Origin: Chlorokybus atmophyticus | Taxonomy: Eukaryota > Plantae > Mesostigma and Chlorokybus algae | DNA: 64,000 nt | Reading direction: 5' to 3' | Assembly (NCBI GenBank): GCA_009103225.1 | Contig: RHPI01003330.1 | Location: forward strand, 132,472-196,471 | Shown here: piece by piece, positions 10,679 to 32,220 of the stretch | How positions within the stretch are numbered: position 1 is the first letter of the stretch | Layout of the letters: each line of letters starts with the position of its first letter | Made by a program: the position numbers and the translations under genes | Notes under the pieces: generated by a model | The model's input: the letters and a program-made list of their open reading frames with translations, nothing else | Told to the model about the DNA's origin: nothing | The model's database searches: none

Positions 10679-12446
10679 CTACTTAGTGCTAAAAGAAACG
10701 CCCGCATCTTGTAGCAGCTTCGTTAGCTGGGACTCCTTGTGCAGCTTTAAAGTGTCTGTAACAGCGTGAGTACAAGGTCAACAAAGGTCAGCACTTGCAC
10801 TGGAGCAATCAACATGTCACACTTGGGCGCCACAGCATGCTCAATAGTGTTGACAAGCAACATCCCTTTGTCTGCAATTCAGTTATAGCTGTGTACATCT
10901 GAATAAAACCCTTACCATCGTGCCCGCCTACATACTTTCCGCCTGCGAGCATCAACCACGAGTGAGTAGTCTCACGCAAACATGATGCAATGGCAGTGCA
11001 CTCAGGTATGCAAGGGGCCCAATGCAGGAAGTGTACCATGTTTTCAGCACAAACATGCAAACGCACTATGCAGTTACCAAAGGCAACAAGACAATGCAGC
11101 GCAGTATCGCACTGGTACCTATCCAAACTGATGGTACAGTCCACTTGCCAGTCAGCTCATACAGCGCCTTCTGCCACTGCTCCTCCTTGTCTGTTCACAA
11201 CCAGAAAGACTCGACTTCAAACAACGCACCAAGCATGGCAGTGATAACAATTGAACTACAATCCATTCACGCAGCAGTGCTTGCTCAAACACGGTAGCAC
11301 TAATATTGCAGCAATTACAGCAGTTACCGACCTGAAAGGTCAAGCTCTAGCGGCTCAAGAGGCACATTGAGCTCCTGAAAGAGCTGTTTGACTTTCTTGC
11401 AATACCTGTCAGAGGAATGTATAGTTTCATGCAAGGTGGCTGTGGTGTATCCAGGACACATATCGTCATAACAACATGGGCATGGGCAGAATGTTGCACT
11501 ACAAGCATGACGAAAGGCGTTGTGTTGAGGCTGCCACAGCATTTTAGAAGAACCCGAAGCAACGTACGGGCAGTATGTTTTGGAGAAGAGCATTACAGGT
11601 CGTTCGCGTGCGATCTCCTCAACACGGTCCATTAGCTTTGGGATACTCGCGTCTTCGATTGCATCAGGCAGTGCCATGCATCGCACGGGACACCTATGGA
11701 AAACAAATACAGTCAGCATGCCAGCGCTCTGAGAACTGAACTGACTAATCTCTGTCTTGTGAATGGGTTTGCACTGCCGATGCTCAATCGTCATATGCAT
11801 GTGATGTCAACGAGTCTGTGTATTGGCCGCTGCAATCCATCGATTCCGAAGTGCTAACACAGCACGCTCTACATAGCTATGGATGACAATAGCTGTACTA
11901 GCATAGGCAACAAAGCAGCAACAATGCCACCGTCAACTGCTTTCCCAATGCCGCAACATTCAACTTGCACTATGGGGCAGTTGCACCAGGAACGGCACAT
12001 CCCATGTGTTGTCTTTACATCGCACGTAGGCACAATGCTCAAGAAGTGTGTGCCTGAGCAAGTTCTGGGCAGTACAAAAAGGAAGACTGCCAAGCAAATG
12101 CGATAGCGCTTGCTGCAGACTGGTAATCAATTGCTGACGCCGTATGTGCTTAGCGATGATGACACACGCACACCGTCAGTTAAGCACCCAATAACCAGTG
12201 CAATCAACATACAGTACAGACGAATCGGCACCACCGGTACCCCTCCTGAGCTGACCTGCGTGCAGATAGTCCATAGCTGTTCCGCCTTTGGGTAACGGCA
12301 GTCACCCGAGCCGTCAAGCTGGTGCCCTGCAGCCGCGAGCTGGCTTGCGCACGCAACGGCTGGCTGCATGCGGTGACGCATATTACTGCGACCCCGGCGA
12401 TTCCCGCCACGGACACCGCCGCCGCCGCCGTCGTCGCCGCCGCCAT
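10679..12446 (-). CDS. Class I glutaredoxin, CPYC, with plastid-type transit peptide (6 exons)
   Basis: In-phase exons: MAAATTAAAAVS...EG / CPVRCMALPDA...PVMLFSKTYCP / YCKKVKQLF / ...ELTGKWTVPSVWI / GGKYVGGHD / DTLKLHKESQLTKLLQDAG. Has the TVP and GG motifs and a VRC-MA cleavage-like site. Confidence 0.9.
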
Positions 12447-12818
12447 GATCTCCGCCTACACACTGCTCACACAGGCCTGCAAAGCCTTGTCCCCAGCAGT
12501 TTCTCGAAAAACCAACCTTCCTGCCTGACTTCATTTTCATCCACTTGATCACCCGTCAGAAATGAAATTCAACGTCGAAATGCCATTGAGTTTTGCATCC
12601 CACATGGAACTCCCTATCGGAATGCCATTTTGCTTGACGAACAACAAATGCATCGCAGCGGGCGTTAGGCCTAGGGAATCTGCTTGCTTTCTGCGCCACA
12701 CATTGCCAGCAAAGCAGCGACGTCGCTCTGAAGTTCACTTTTAGCTCAGCTTAGCGCAGCTCAGCGCAGCACTTCAGCGCAGCTCAGCGCACTCTTGCAT
12801 TGTGCATTGCTTGTGACG

Positions 12819-14384
12819 ATGGCGGCGTCGGCGGCGGTGGTGGCCGAGGGCGGTAGGGCTGCGGCTGCCGCCGTAGCTGTCGTGTCGGCTGCCAGGCCTC
12901 TCGTCAGCAGCAGGACTGCGCTGCCTCTGCACCGCAGCTCTGCTGCTGCTGCTGCTCTGTTCCACCTCCCCGGGTTTGCTGCCCGCCCTGCTGCGCTCTT
13001 CTATGCCTCCAGCGCAACCAAGCATGCTGCGCACAGCCTGTCTAACAGGTGCATGCTTGTTTGTGCGTAGGTGTTGTTTCTCTCCAACGTCACCTGTACC
13101 GGTTGGGGCTCATGCCGTGGGTGCATGTGCGGCTTGTAGAGTCGTCCGCACTGTTTACGTTGAGCACAGATAGTCACTCAAGTTGTTCTTGAGTGCTGGG
13201 AAAGAGACCATGAGTCAAGCTACACCTATCAGACACCGTTATGCATGGAGTGCATGCATGTCAAGTCATGTGAGTGCCTCAGCCAAAGCTCGCTCTGTGC
13301 TGAACACCAATCTACAACAGCTGCTTTAGTAGCCGTTGTACGCAACGGTGTGGGTTTAGAGGCAGTGAATATATGTTCTTTCACAACTCATATGGCTGCT
13401 GTTAAGCATACAAAGCCAGAGAAGAAGTATTTTGTACTTGCATGCAACGCATGCAGAACAGAACACATGTGTCAGCCTTAGCATGCCACATGTCCATTGA
13501 CGCATGCATGTTGAAAGGTGAACACGCCTTTGTCCAGGTACACTGTGCGTTGTATGTCCACTCAAGGGGAGATAGCCAAGTTGGAAGGCCAAGTCGTAGA
13601 GCTGGCGCAAGAACACCCGGTGCAGCTCTTCACTAAGACTTACTGCCCGTAAGTGTTGCCTTTACCTTTTGCAATAGCAGGCGCTTGCATGCTTTCTGTT
13701 GCAAGCCTGTACCCGCAATCGCATATTGGCAGCGATTGCTGCTTGTTGCTTGCAATCTCACTGCATGCAGTTGACTATGACGCATCACTCACCAAACTGG
13801 CTGGTGTGGCTGACAGGTATAGCAAGCGTGTCAAGCAGTTGTTCACAGAGTTGCGTGTGCCCTACCATCACCTAGACCTGGATCTGTTAGGTGTGTGCAA
13901 GTCAAACCACCTGAGCTTTTTACACTCTGAAACGAGACCTAACATGTGCTGTGCGCACACAGACAACGAGGACCTGTGGCAGGATGCTTTGCTCGACCTC
14001 ACCGGCAAAAGAACTGTGCCGTCAGTGTGGATAGGTGCAGTATAGTAGCATACTTGTGTTGTTGTGTGCTTCAACTCTTGCTCTTGCCTTGCCAAACAAG
14101 CCTCACAGCCAACTGTTTATATGTTTTCTGGTGCAGGCGGCAAGTGCGTGGGCGGCTGCGACGGTAAGTACCAGCTCACACAAGTGAATGCATGCATGAT
14201 GTGTTGCATTCCAAACAGCTCAGCCAGCAGCACCACTTGCCCAGTCTGTGCTGCATATACTGTGCATAGTTGTACTGTTCAAGCTAAAACCCAATGCTGC
14301 GCCGCAGATACGTTGAGGCTGTACAAGTCATCAGCGTTAACGCAGTTGCTGGAGGACGCCGGCGTGCCCATCCCTGAAGCCTGA
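12819..14384 (+). CDS. Class I glutaredoxin, CPYS, with organellar transit peptide
   Basis: Ala/Ser/Arg-rich N-terminus, then PVQLFTKTYCP / YSKRVKQLF / DLTGKRTVPSVWI / GGKCVGGCD / DTLRLYKSSALTQLLEDAG. Intron positions match the upstream paralog. Exon 2 is uncertain. Confidence 0.88.
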
Positions 14385-15511
14385 GCTCATGTACCCAGGC
14401 CTTGTTACTTCGCTGTTGTACAGTGCATGTATGTATACAGGATATGCTGCCAGTAGTTGTAGACATGCATGTGTGAATGTGTAAGAGTGTGCATGCGTCT
14501 GCTGGCGACTACCAAGAGTTGTGCGGATTGTTGTGAGGAACAGGATGGACGTTGATGGCTTGCTGCTTTTGCACTGAAGCTTGCACTGGATTAGTCAATA
14601 CTACAAAGACTGCTACCAAGATGCGGTTTTGTAATGCACTGAATGGATTGATTTGAGTGTAGAAAAGGGGTGTGCTGCTGTCAGCATTTGCGCCCGCGAC
14701 GCAAGGACGCTTGCAGATGCGCTATGCATGTTGCATCTTTTGGTACAATGGCTGGCGCGTGCATGTTGTTTGCCGCACAGGGCGAACAGTAGTTACAAGA
14801 CGGGGTTGTAAAATTACGTATGGATAAGCTGATGGATCCCTAACCACAGGGTAGGCCCCTGCGACAACATCTTGCAGACGCTGATGACATTGACTTGGAA
14901 GTACCAGAACAAAATTACCTATCATGTGCCAACCGCACAAGCAGCCATCAATGTGGCTGCAGATTGCAAGCATGCCGTTGAACCCAAAGAGCAGCTGCCA
15001 CTGCTGCCATTTGCCTCACATCGTTTGTGCAGGTGCAGACGCGTGAACCCATACGCTATGGTTGCTGTAGCAGCAGCTGTTGGTGGCGGCGGGAGGAATC
15101 TGCTGGTCGTGTGGGCCACCGTGGTCATGGCCGGTGCGATTGCTACCCGAGATGTGGCCCTTAACAACGGCTGCAATGCATGAATGTATGACTGACTGAC
15201 TGACAGGGCGGTTGGTAGAGGTAGCGTTAGGTGTAGAGGGTAGGTGGTATGCAGGCGCGTGGCCTGGCCAAGTGGTTGCGTATTGAGGCCAGTGTGTTGC
15301 AGGCGTTGCATATGATGTGCATGTGCAGTTGCCTTCCGCATTGATTGTACACCCCTCCCACAGCGACAGCGACCGAACCAATCCCAACCCAATGGCGAAT
15401 GTTCACAACTCAAACTCGAAGGTGTCAACCACAAATGGGACTCATAGATGCTGCTCATAACACCAACAGCGATATAAACACGGCCACCAACATGAGCTTC
15501 ATGTCCCCTCG

Positions 15512-18667
<3,156 letters not shown>

Positions 18668-18714
18668 TGCGAGGCAACACAATCTGGCTTAGTCTAGCCT
18701 GGCCTGGCCTGGCC

Positions 18715-23711
<4,997 letters not shown>

Positions 23712-25484
23712 GCAATGGGATGCTGTTGTTGCTGTTGTTGTTGTGATGCATGCGCTGGCTTGCATGCTTGAGGTTGGCATGCCGTGTGTCTCGTGTCCAT
23801 GCCATTGCATCAAGCAATCATACCAATTCTGCTAGACGTTTGCTTGCGTGACTTTAAGACCGTGCGAATTTATGTACATCAATGTGTGCCTTACCAAACC
23901 TGGCAGAGTTAGCATCCACTACCCAACTCACGAGGTGTGATCTTTGATACTGCATGAGGATTCTTGGTGATTGTTGATTGGTGGTACCCTGCTGCTAGTT
24001 GCATCGCGCACTTGTCTGCACCGTCAGGCAATGGGTTTGTCAGCTGTGCGATGCATATACGACTTATGCACTATACAATACCAGGCATGTGCTCGTTAGT
24101 GTGCACGCATGTGCGCCTGGTTCGAGCGGTACATATGCGAGCAGCATATATGACATGTTTGATGAAGGGAAGTCGTATACCCATGCACAATGTGCTGCGC
24201 TTGTTGCCATGCGGTTGCGGTCTTTCTCACTATCAAGTTGATGTTGTGAACATCTCTGCGAGGAGAGACACGTGGTACACGTCTGGACTTTGCGTCATCC
24301 GCCCCAAGTTGGGATGTACAGACGCTGCATGATATCATTGTCACAGCACCTTGCACGACTCCGACTGCTGAGGCACGTACAGCAGAGTGGGGTGAAAGGC
24401 GCAAGTATGTCATTGAGTATTGTGACGACAACCTGTCGCCATGGAGACATACGGTTGCTTTAGATAGGCATTTGTAGAGCTGATTCTGCAATGCTCGCGA
24501 TCGGGGNNNNNNNNNNNNNNNNNNNNNNNNNNNNNNNNNNNNNNNNNNNNNNNNNNNNNNNNNNNNNNNNNNNNNNNNNNNNNNNNNNNNNNNNNNNNNN
24601 NNNNNNNNNNNNNNNNNNNNNNNNNNNNNNNNNNNNNNNNNNNNNNNNNNNNNNNNNNNNNNNNNNNNNNNNNNNNNNNNNNNNNNNNNNNNNNNNNNNN
24701 NNNNNNNNNNNNNNNNNNNNNNNNNNNNNNNNNNNNNNNNNNNNNNNNNNNNNNNNNNNNNNNNNNNNNNNNNNNNNNNNNNNNNNNNNNNNNNNNNNNN
24801 NNNNNNNNNNNNNNNNNNNNNNNNNNNNNNNNNNNNAAAAGTCCAAACAAGGGGGGGCTGGCTCTATAGTTACAATATGTTGCGGCGGCAGTAGCGGGCG
24901 CAATCCGGGGACCAGTAGCTCAGGGCCCTCCAACCGCCAAGGCGGACGCAGCACATTCAAACAATGGGATAGTGCGTTAGCGTACTGTGTGTTGTTCTGT
25001 GTGTATGATATTTCGGAATGGAGGCAGCATCAACAGTCATAATGTAACATTACAACTACAACGGCCTAGGCACATCGGGTAGGTATACGAGCGAGGGTGC
25101 ACTCACAAGCAATGAGTCTAATGCCGCTTCTATGCACTAGACAGCACACATTCAAAGAACAATTCTTCGGAGAATAACAAACGTGCTGAGCTGCTTACCT
25201 GTGCTCAGGAGCACGTTGCAGCACATTCACATACTGCGTGAACCGTAATGCACTGGTCATGCATGGATAATGTGCTGCGACAATAGAATGGGTGCTCAAG
25301 GGTGGAGCAGGGTGTTGTGTATGGCGCGTTTGCACATGCGGCGCTTGCAATCGGCCACATCCATGGCAGTACAGTTCACGCATGTCACCTTGCTGCCTTG
25401 TTAATCTCTCTCTGTTATGTCAGTATTGGCTGCCTAATGCTGTGGGCTATACGTACTAGTAGGCAATATAAGCCTCGGACTTGG

Positions 25485-27762
25485 TTACAAGTTCAAGGGC
25501 ACAGCACGCTTGATGACATCAAGTACTAGCTCTTTGTCAAAGAGGTGAAGGTTGGCACCGAGATGATGGTGGTAATGCAATACAATGTACGCCGTGGTGT
25601 GCTCCTGCAGCCGTGGCAAACCCAAGTTCCTGGCCGCTGGAAGAATAACCAATGGGGCCTTCAAACAAGCAACATGTAAGTGCAAATCTACCCAGCCAAA
25701 TGCATCATGCCAATAGCAAACACCACACACGCGCACATGTAGCTTGCATGGTGCCCAGTGTAGTCTTGCATGTATGGGCTTGATATACACAGGCTCTACT
25801 ATGCTGCAAACAACATGTCACAGACTTGAAGCTCCAGCGTTGACAAACGCCATAGTACATGCCCTTGGCTCTCTTGCTGAGATGCATAGAGGCATAGTGC
25901 AAAACTGGTTACAAGAAGCATTGTTTGTAAGACCTTCACTACCTGTGTGCATGAAGACAGTGCAGAACTAACGGCTTGCAAGGCTTGCAGTTGTTACAGG
26001 ATGCATCGCGACTGTGCCTGCAAAGTGCTCGCAAGTACGGCTACTAAAGATGTGCCCCCCAGCATACTCACACACGCATGCAAGCTGTGACAGTGTGCCG
26101 CAGGAGGCATTGACAATTCCATAAAAACCAACATGGAGATAGGCACGTAACTTACCAAGCGATCAATCTGGTCGTTGCTCATGGCCTTGATGAGCTGCGA
26201 CTCGCACAAGTAGCTGAGGTGCGGCAGCAGCGCCAGCTTCGCAAACTCCAGTAGCTCAATTGCCAGGCGGTCGTCTTCGGTCAGATCGGCGGGGATGCTG
26301 TCCAAGTGAAGGTAGTTCAGCACCACCTGGAAGGCCTCTGGAGAGTTGTGCGCGAGTGGGACTTTGGCGTCCTCCTCGTGATGCGCCAGCAGCCCACGGA
26401 AATACTCGCTGCGGTGGGCGAGGAGACAGCGGCTTGCTTGCATCTGCACACAAGATACAATGCCACACAAAGCACAACAAAGGTCAGTCTCAGCGGTATC
26501 CTCATGCCAACATGTAAGTTGATTCACAAGTTCGCATCACAGTAAGTCGATGAGACTCGCACCTCCTGGCCTCCAACATCGAAAACAGCAACGCCAGGGA
26601 AGGCCGCCAATGAGGTGTGCAAGGAAGGCATTTCCCGAGCGAATGAGGACCTCGGTGGAAAGCATGTTGCTGGCAGAGTAATGGTGCGGATGCAGCCCCT
26701 GTCCGCTACATAGACAACCCCTCGTACAGTGTCTAGGGCCATGTGCCCCGCTTTAACAAACCTCGCCTCGGGGCCAACAGCATCCACCATCTGGTTGTCC
26801 TGCTCCTCCTCTTCATCGGCATCCTCGTCGCCATCCCCCTCATCAACGTTTCCACCGCCCGCGACCCTCTCAACCCCACCAAGCGGCGTTGCCCAAAAGA
26901 TGGTGTTGTCTGCGCACGCCATGAGAAGAGACTCATCAGGTAGCACAACCATGCTCTTTACTCGCCCTACTCGCCAACGATTGAGGTCAAAATGGATCAA
27001 CTCAGAGAGCACGTAGCGAATCTGTTGCAATGCATTGTACATCGGCGAGAGCCTCCACACTCGCACGTCTCCAACGTCATGTTCGCAAATACCAGCCACA
27101 TACACCGTCCCACTAGATGAACACGCAATGGCAGTTGGGTAGAAGTTAAGGCGCAGCTGGGTATCACAATCGCACTGATTCACGCACTCCCCGCCAATGA
27201 TGTTCTCCACTTGGTTGGTTGTGAGGTCGACGCGCCACACGCCGCAGCTGCAGCGAGCCTTCTTGCTGCCGTGTGCTATAAACAAATACTTGGAGTGGCA
27301 AGCAATAGCGGTGATCCGGCTCTTGAATCTCAGATCGTTCGTGGCGATTGAATTCACATTGAGTTCGCGAAACTGGCCCTTCCCGGTGAACGATGTCACA
27401 TGACTTAAAGGAGTCCCGGGCGCGGCAATGCGTCTCACAACAATGCGCTGGGCATACAATGCATCACTGGTGTAGAGGTTTCCTGCCGAGTCTGCTGCCA
27501 ATAACTCAGGGTCCATGAAGCCTGCTTGACTAGTGTTCCCGTCTTTGTAGATTGTGTGGCGGCCTTGGTGGCGGTCTGTCATGTCGTGCATGCCAAAGGG
27601 CTCAACAAAAATGCAGCTTGTCACCGACATGCACCGAATGCCTTCTTTGTCAAAATTGACCATGAACAATGTCTCGCCGTCAGCGCTTATGGCCAGGCCT
27701 TTTGGCGTGAAGGGCTCCTGCGCGAGCGTGGCAACCGTCCATGCTGGCTGCTGCGCCGCCAT
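25485..27762 (-). CDS. NHL-repeat (beta-propeller) + BTB/POZ protein, 3 exons
   Basis: 1.2-kb first exon with LAADSAGNLYTSD, IACSSSGTVYVAG and MALDTVRGVVYVADRGCIR; then BTB VFDVGGQE/MQASRCLLAHRSEYFRGL...AFQVVLNYLHLD; final BACK-like exon LGLPRLQEHTTAYI. Exons 27762-26563, 26443-26156 and 25658-25485 join in phase. Confidence 0.8.
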
Positions 27763-28699
27763 GTTGTGCCACTGGTTACCCACAAGCGATTAGCATTGCG
27801 TTCAAGTCAGTGACAGTGTACTCGCTGGCAGACAGTACTTGCCTGCCTCGCGACTCAGCACAACTCAACAATTGGTACATTTGTTGCCACTGCTGGTCGC
27901 AAGCGATTGGCCTGTGACGGCATTGAGTTGGGTTTTGCGATGCACGCAGCAGTGTTTAGTGCTAGGTGAGTGCTTGCTTAGCTGTGCAGTTTACAATGCT
28001 GAAACAGCTACCCGCGTTGAGAGCAAGCTGTGGATGCCGCATGCTGATTTGCGGAAACCTACGGTGCTGAAATCTGCGGTTGGTAGGTTGTGCAGATGTG
28101 AGCCTTTCTGCTCCTAGCTGAACCTGATACCTGCTGCTGTGTTTGAGTGCTGTGACATGGAGTGCACCTCTCTGCCCTGTCCCCCGGCTACATCTAGGCC
28201 CGCCAGAGCTGCTGAGAGCTACGCAATGCAGGCAAGCGTGCGAGGCAGCTGGCATGAGACCGCTAGCTTCCCCAAGTCAATGCGGAAGTGGGGCAAGCAG
28301 CCACGACACGCTGAATGCGGCTGGGAAAAATAGCACGTTCACACGGCGGCCGCATACATTGCAATGTGCGAAGCATAGACAGGCTGAAATAGATAAACCA
28401 AAGCTCGACATTGTCACGCTGACGCGTCAGTGCGATGAGTTGCCGTGTACCTTCAGGCTGAACCCACAGCACAGCTGACCACCATAGCAGCGCCGCTGCT
28501 GGTAAGGCCTGCAAGCACAGCGGTACGCGCTGACGCGTACTGCAATAACAGCACCGATCTACCGCGCCTGCTGCACTACCACCGCCTCTTATACGCCTCC
28601 TCGCCCTCTGCCTCCGCCTCCGCCTCTGTCTAAGTACGCCTTCCGCTACTGGCTGTGCTCAAGACGCTGCTTGCCAAGCAGCCAGTAAGTTTCAAGCAA

Positions 28700-29930
28700 A
28701 GCGTCATGTGTTAGGCCAGATGGAATTCTCATGCGGGCTTAGGGCCTTATTGAATGCAGTGTGCAGAGTTGTTCTTGTGAGGTTTGATGTTGAAGTTGGA
28801 AGTTGAAGTTTGTCCGTATGATGATTACAGCAAAAGAATCTATGGACTGCAAGGGCATATGTGGCAGTACACACAATGACACAATGCACATCACCATACA
28901 CACGTAAGCTCGTACATTATGACTTCATGATCGCATTCAAGTTGTTTGCTTGTAAGACCATCCTTACAAATAGAAAACAGACACGTTGCGTTAATGTTGC
29001 CCAGGTGGGCAACGCCAACCTGATGTGCCTTTGTCAATTCTCGAGGACGGTAGGTGAGGGTAAAAGGCATAAGCTTGATACTAGTGCGATAGGAGTAGCT
29101 TTACATGCAAGTATGATATACATAGCCCTATATTGATATAACGACGGTTGCTACCATAAAAACCACACCTATATCATATAGGTTTGCGTATATATATTCT
29201 ACATGATTGCCGAGATGTTTCTGAAGAATAAGTTGATTGCAATTGAAACACGCATCACCTCTCGTGTAGTCGTGTGCTATATGCTGTCGAGGCTGAATAG
29301 ACCATTGACAACATACCATTTACTTTTATGGAAGCCCCCCTCCCCCGCCCCTTCGGGGGGAGGGGGGGGCATTTTGTATATGTGCAAGCTCATCTCGCGG
29401 CCCGCCATGCCTACGTCCGAGATGCGTGCGACCGTCGCATCTTGGTGATGTTCGAGCAGAGCAGTGAGTCATGGCTCGTGACTACCATTTGCTTATTGAC
29501 ATTACAATCACAAGCTGCAACAAACATGCGGAAGTTGCCGTGTTTTAATTGGACTAGAGCAAGTAACTTAAGAGCACCCTTCAGCCAATTCTATTCATTA
29601 TTGGTGAAGACCCATGGTACCGTGGGGGAGGACTTCCACAAGCCTCCTCACCATATGCGCACGAAAAGCGGCTTACGGCCGGAAGCTACCATTGTGGAGC
29701 CTTTGCAACCTGCTGTTGAGCGGCTTCGTCACATTGCTTCACCTGCGCATGGCGTGTGCGCTGCAAATGCCCGTATTGTAGTCACACGAATATCGCAACT
29801 TACAAGCGATTACATTTTGGAGTCGCAACTGTTAGTAGCAAACGCAAGCCCTTAGACGAGTCCCCGCTCTAATGGAGCCCCCTTAGCAAAAAGGGGAGGG
29901 GGGGGGGGGGGGNAGAGTTACCATAGTATT
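28700..29930. other. Hairpin-rich non-coding spacer between the NHL-BTB duplicates (possible TE remnant)
   Basis: Outside both duplicated blocks; several short inverted repeats such as GCCCCCCTCCCCCG...CGGGGGAGGGGGGGGC (~29335-29370), CATCTCG...CGAGATG and CCTATAT-c-ATATAGG. Confidence 0.35.
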
Positions 29931-29985
29931 TTACCCTATAATGTGGGCTACGTGTAGTAGTAGGCATTGCATAAGCCTCACTTGG

Positions 29986-32220
29986 CTACAGGTTCAAGGG
30001 CACAGCACGCTTCATGATATCAAGTACCAGCTCCTTGTCAAGGCTTTGAAGGTTGGCACCCAGGTGATAGTCGTGGTAGTGCAGTATGATGTACGCCGTG
30101 GTATGCTCCTAAAGCCGTCGCAAACCTAGCTTCTTGGCCGCTGGAAGAATGCCCAATGAGCCCTTAAAAGTCCAAACAAGCCACATGTAAGTGCACGTCC
30201 ACCCAGTCAAGTGCATGAAGTCAGTAGCAGACACCATGAACACGCATGTAGCATGCATAGACAAAGACTATGCATGGGTGACCGTGTGTACAGGCTTTAC
30301 TATCTGCAAAACATGCCGCAGCTTAGCATTGATAGAAACTATTATGCAAGCACGTGCTCTTGCTGAGATTGATGGAGGCATATTGCAATATCATTGACAA
30401 GCAGCACTGCTTGTGGACAGCCTCTCACTGCCTGTGTAAGGAGACAGGCAGTGCAAAACAGATGGCATCCAAGGCAGCTGTTGTACAATGTACCGCTGAT
30501 ATACCTATAAAGTGCTTGCAAACAGGCTTACTATTGGTGTTCCCCCTCAGTGCAACCACACACGCAAGCTGTGACAGTATGCGACAGAAGGCAATGAAGC
30601 ATATACTGGACAACACAGAGCGACCGGCGAGACTCACCGAGCGACCAACTTGATGGTTGCTCGTGGCCTTGACGATTTGCGACTCGCACAAGTAGCCGAG
30701 GTGCGGCAGCAGCGCTCGCTTCACGAACTCCAGCAGCTCGATCGTGAGGAAAATGTCCTCGCTCAGATCGGCGGGGATGCTGTCTAAGTGGAGGTAGATT
30801 AGCACCACCTTAAAAGCCTTTGACGAGTTGTGTGCAAGCGAGACTGTGGCGTCCTCCCTGTGATGTGCCAGCAGCCCGCGGAAGTACTCGCTGCGGTGCG
30901 CGAGGAGACTGCGGCTTGCTTACAACTGCACACAACACAAATTCAGCGATTGTCATGCAATCGTGTAGAACGTCACGAGCTCGCATTCCACTTGATCAGT
31001 TAAGACTCTCACCTCCTCGCCTCCGACATCAAACAGAGCGACACCCGGGAAGGCTGCCAACGAGGTGTGCAAAGAAGGCATGTCCCATGCGAATGAGGAC
31101 TTGGGCGGCAAGCATGTCAATGGCAGGGTGATTGTGCGGATGCAGTGCCTGTCCGCGACATAAACAACCCCTCGCACAGCATCGAAAGCCATGTGCCCCA
31201 CATCAACAAACCTTGCCTCAAGGCCAACGGCATCCACCATCTGGTTGTCCTCCTTCTCTTCCTCCACCTCATTGTTAGCATCAACTCTACCATCCGCAAC
31301 CCTCTGAATCTCACTGAGCGGCGTTGCCCAGAGGATGGTGTTGTCCGCACGTGCCATGAGAAGGGACTCATCGGGTAGCACCACGATGCTTTTCACTTGC
31401 CCTTGCCAATGGCTGTAAACAAAAGAGATGTACTCAGAGAGCACATAGCGAATCTGTCGCTGATCGTTATACATCGGCGAAAGCCTCCATACTTGCACAT
31501 CCAATGTTGTGGTCGCGAACACCAGCCACGTACACCGTCCCGCTGCTGGATGAACACGCCATGGCAGTCGGGCAGAAGCTAAGCCGCGGTTTGGTGTGAC
31601 ACTTGCACTTTGGCGGGCACTCCCCACCAACAATGTTCTCCACTTGGTTGGTTGTGAGGTCCACGCGCCACACGCCGCAGGTGCAAGCCTCCTCGGTGCC
31701 GTGTGCTATAAACAGGTACTTGGAGTGGCAAGCGAGCGCAGTAATGACTCGGCTGTGGAACCCTACTTCACCCTCCTCGACTGAGATGAGTTCACGGAAC
31801 TGGCCCTTCCCAGGGAATGATGTCACATGGCTTATAGGAGTTGCCGGTGCGGTTATGCGTCTCAGGACGCAGCAGATGTAGTTAACGTACAGCTGGTCTG
31901 TGCTGTAAAGGTTGCCTGCCGAGTCTGCTGCCATGAGCTCAGGTGCCATGAAGGTTGCTTGATTCGCGTTCCCATCTTTGTTGTGGCATATGGGTTCTTC
32001 ATCCTGGTCTGGCGTGTCTAGCGAGCCAATGGTGTCAACAATGGTGCCCTTTGTCAGCGACATGCACTGTCAATGCAGCCTTGATAGGCATAGAGCATAA
32101 ACAGCGTCTCGCCATCATTGTTCCTGAGTATGAGTTCCTGATGTTGGTTTGCATTGCGACAACATGGGCATCTGCTCCTAGGAACCCACTACCTGCTGTG
32201 TGGCGTGCACTACTGTTGTT
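29986..32220 (-). pseudogene. NHL-BTB pseudogene, tandem paralog of 25485-27762
   Basis: Colinear exons with frameshifts near 32070 and 31500, CAA>TAA at 30920-30922 and CAG>TAG at 30109-30111. The 5' end is approximate. Confidence 0.8.

Noticed and set aside
10679-14384. Selenoprotein (UGA-recoded) glutaredoxin near EFSec
   Set aside because: Both active sites use Cys codons and no in-frame TGA aligns with a catalytic position in these or the other genes.
24410-25042. ORFs spanning 24.4-25.0 kb
   Set aside because: Open only because they run through the 330-base N gap.
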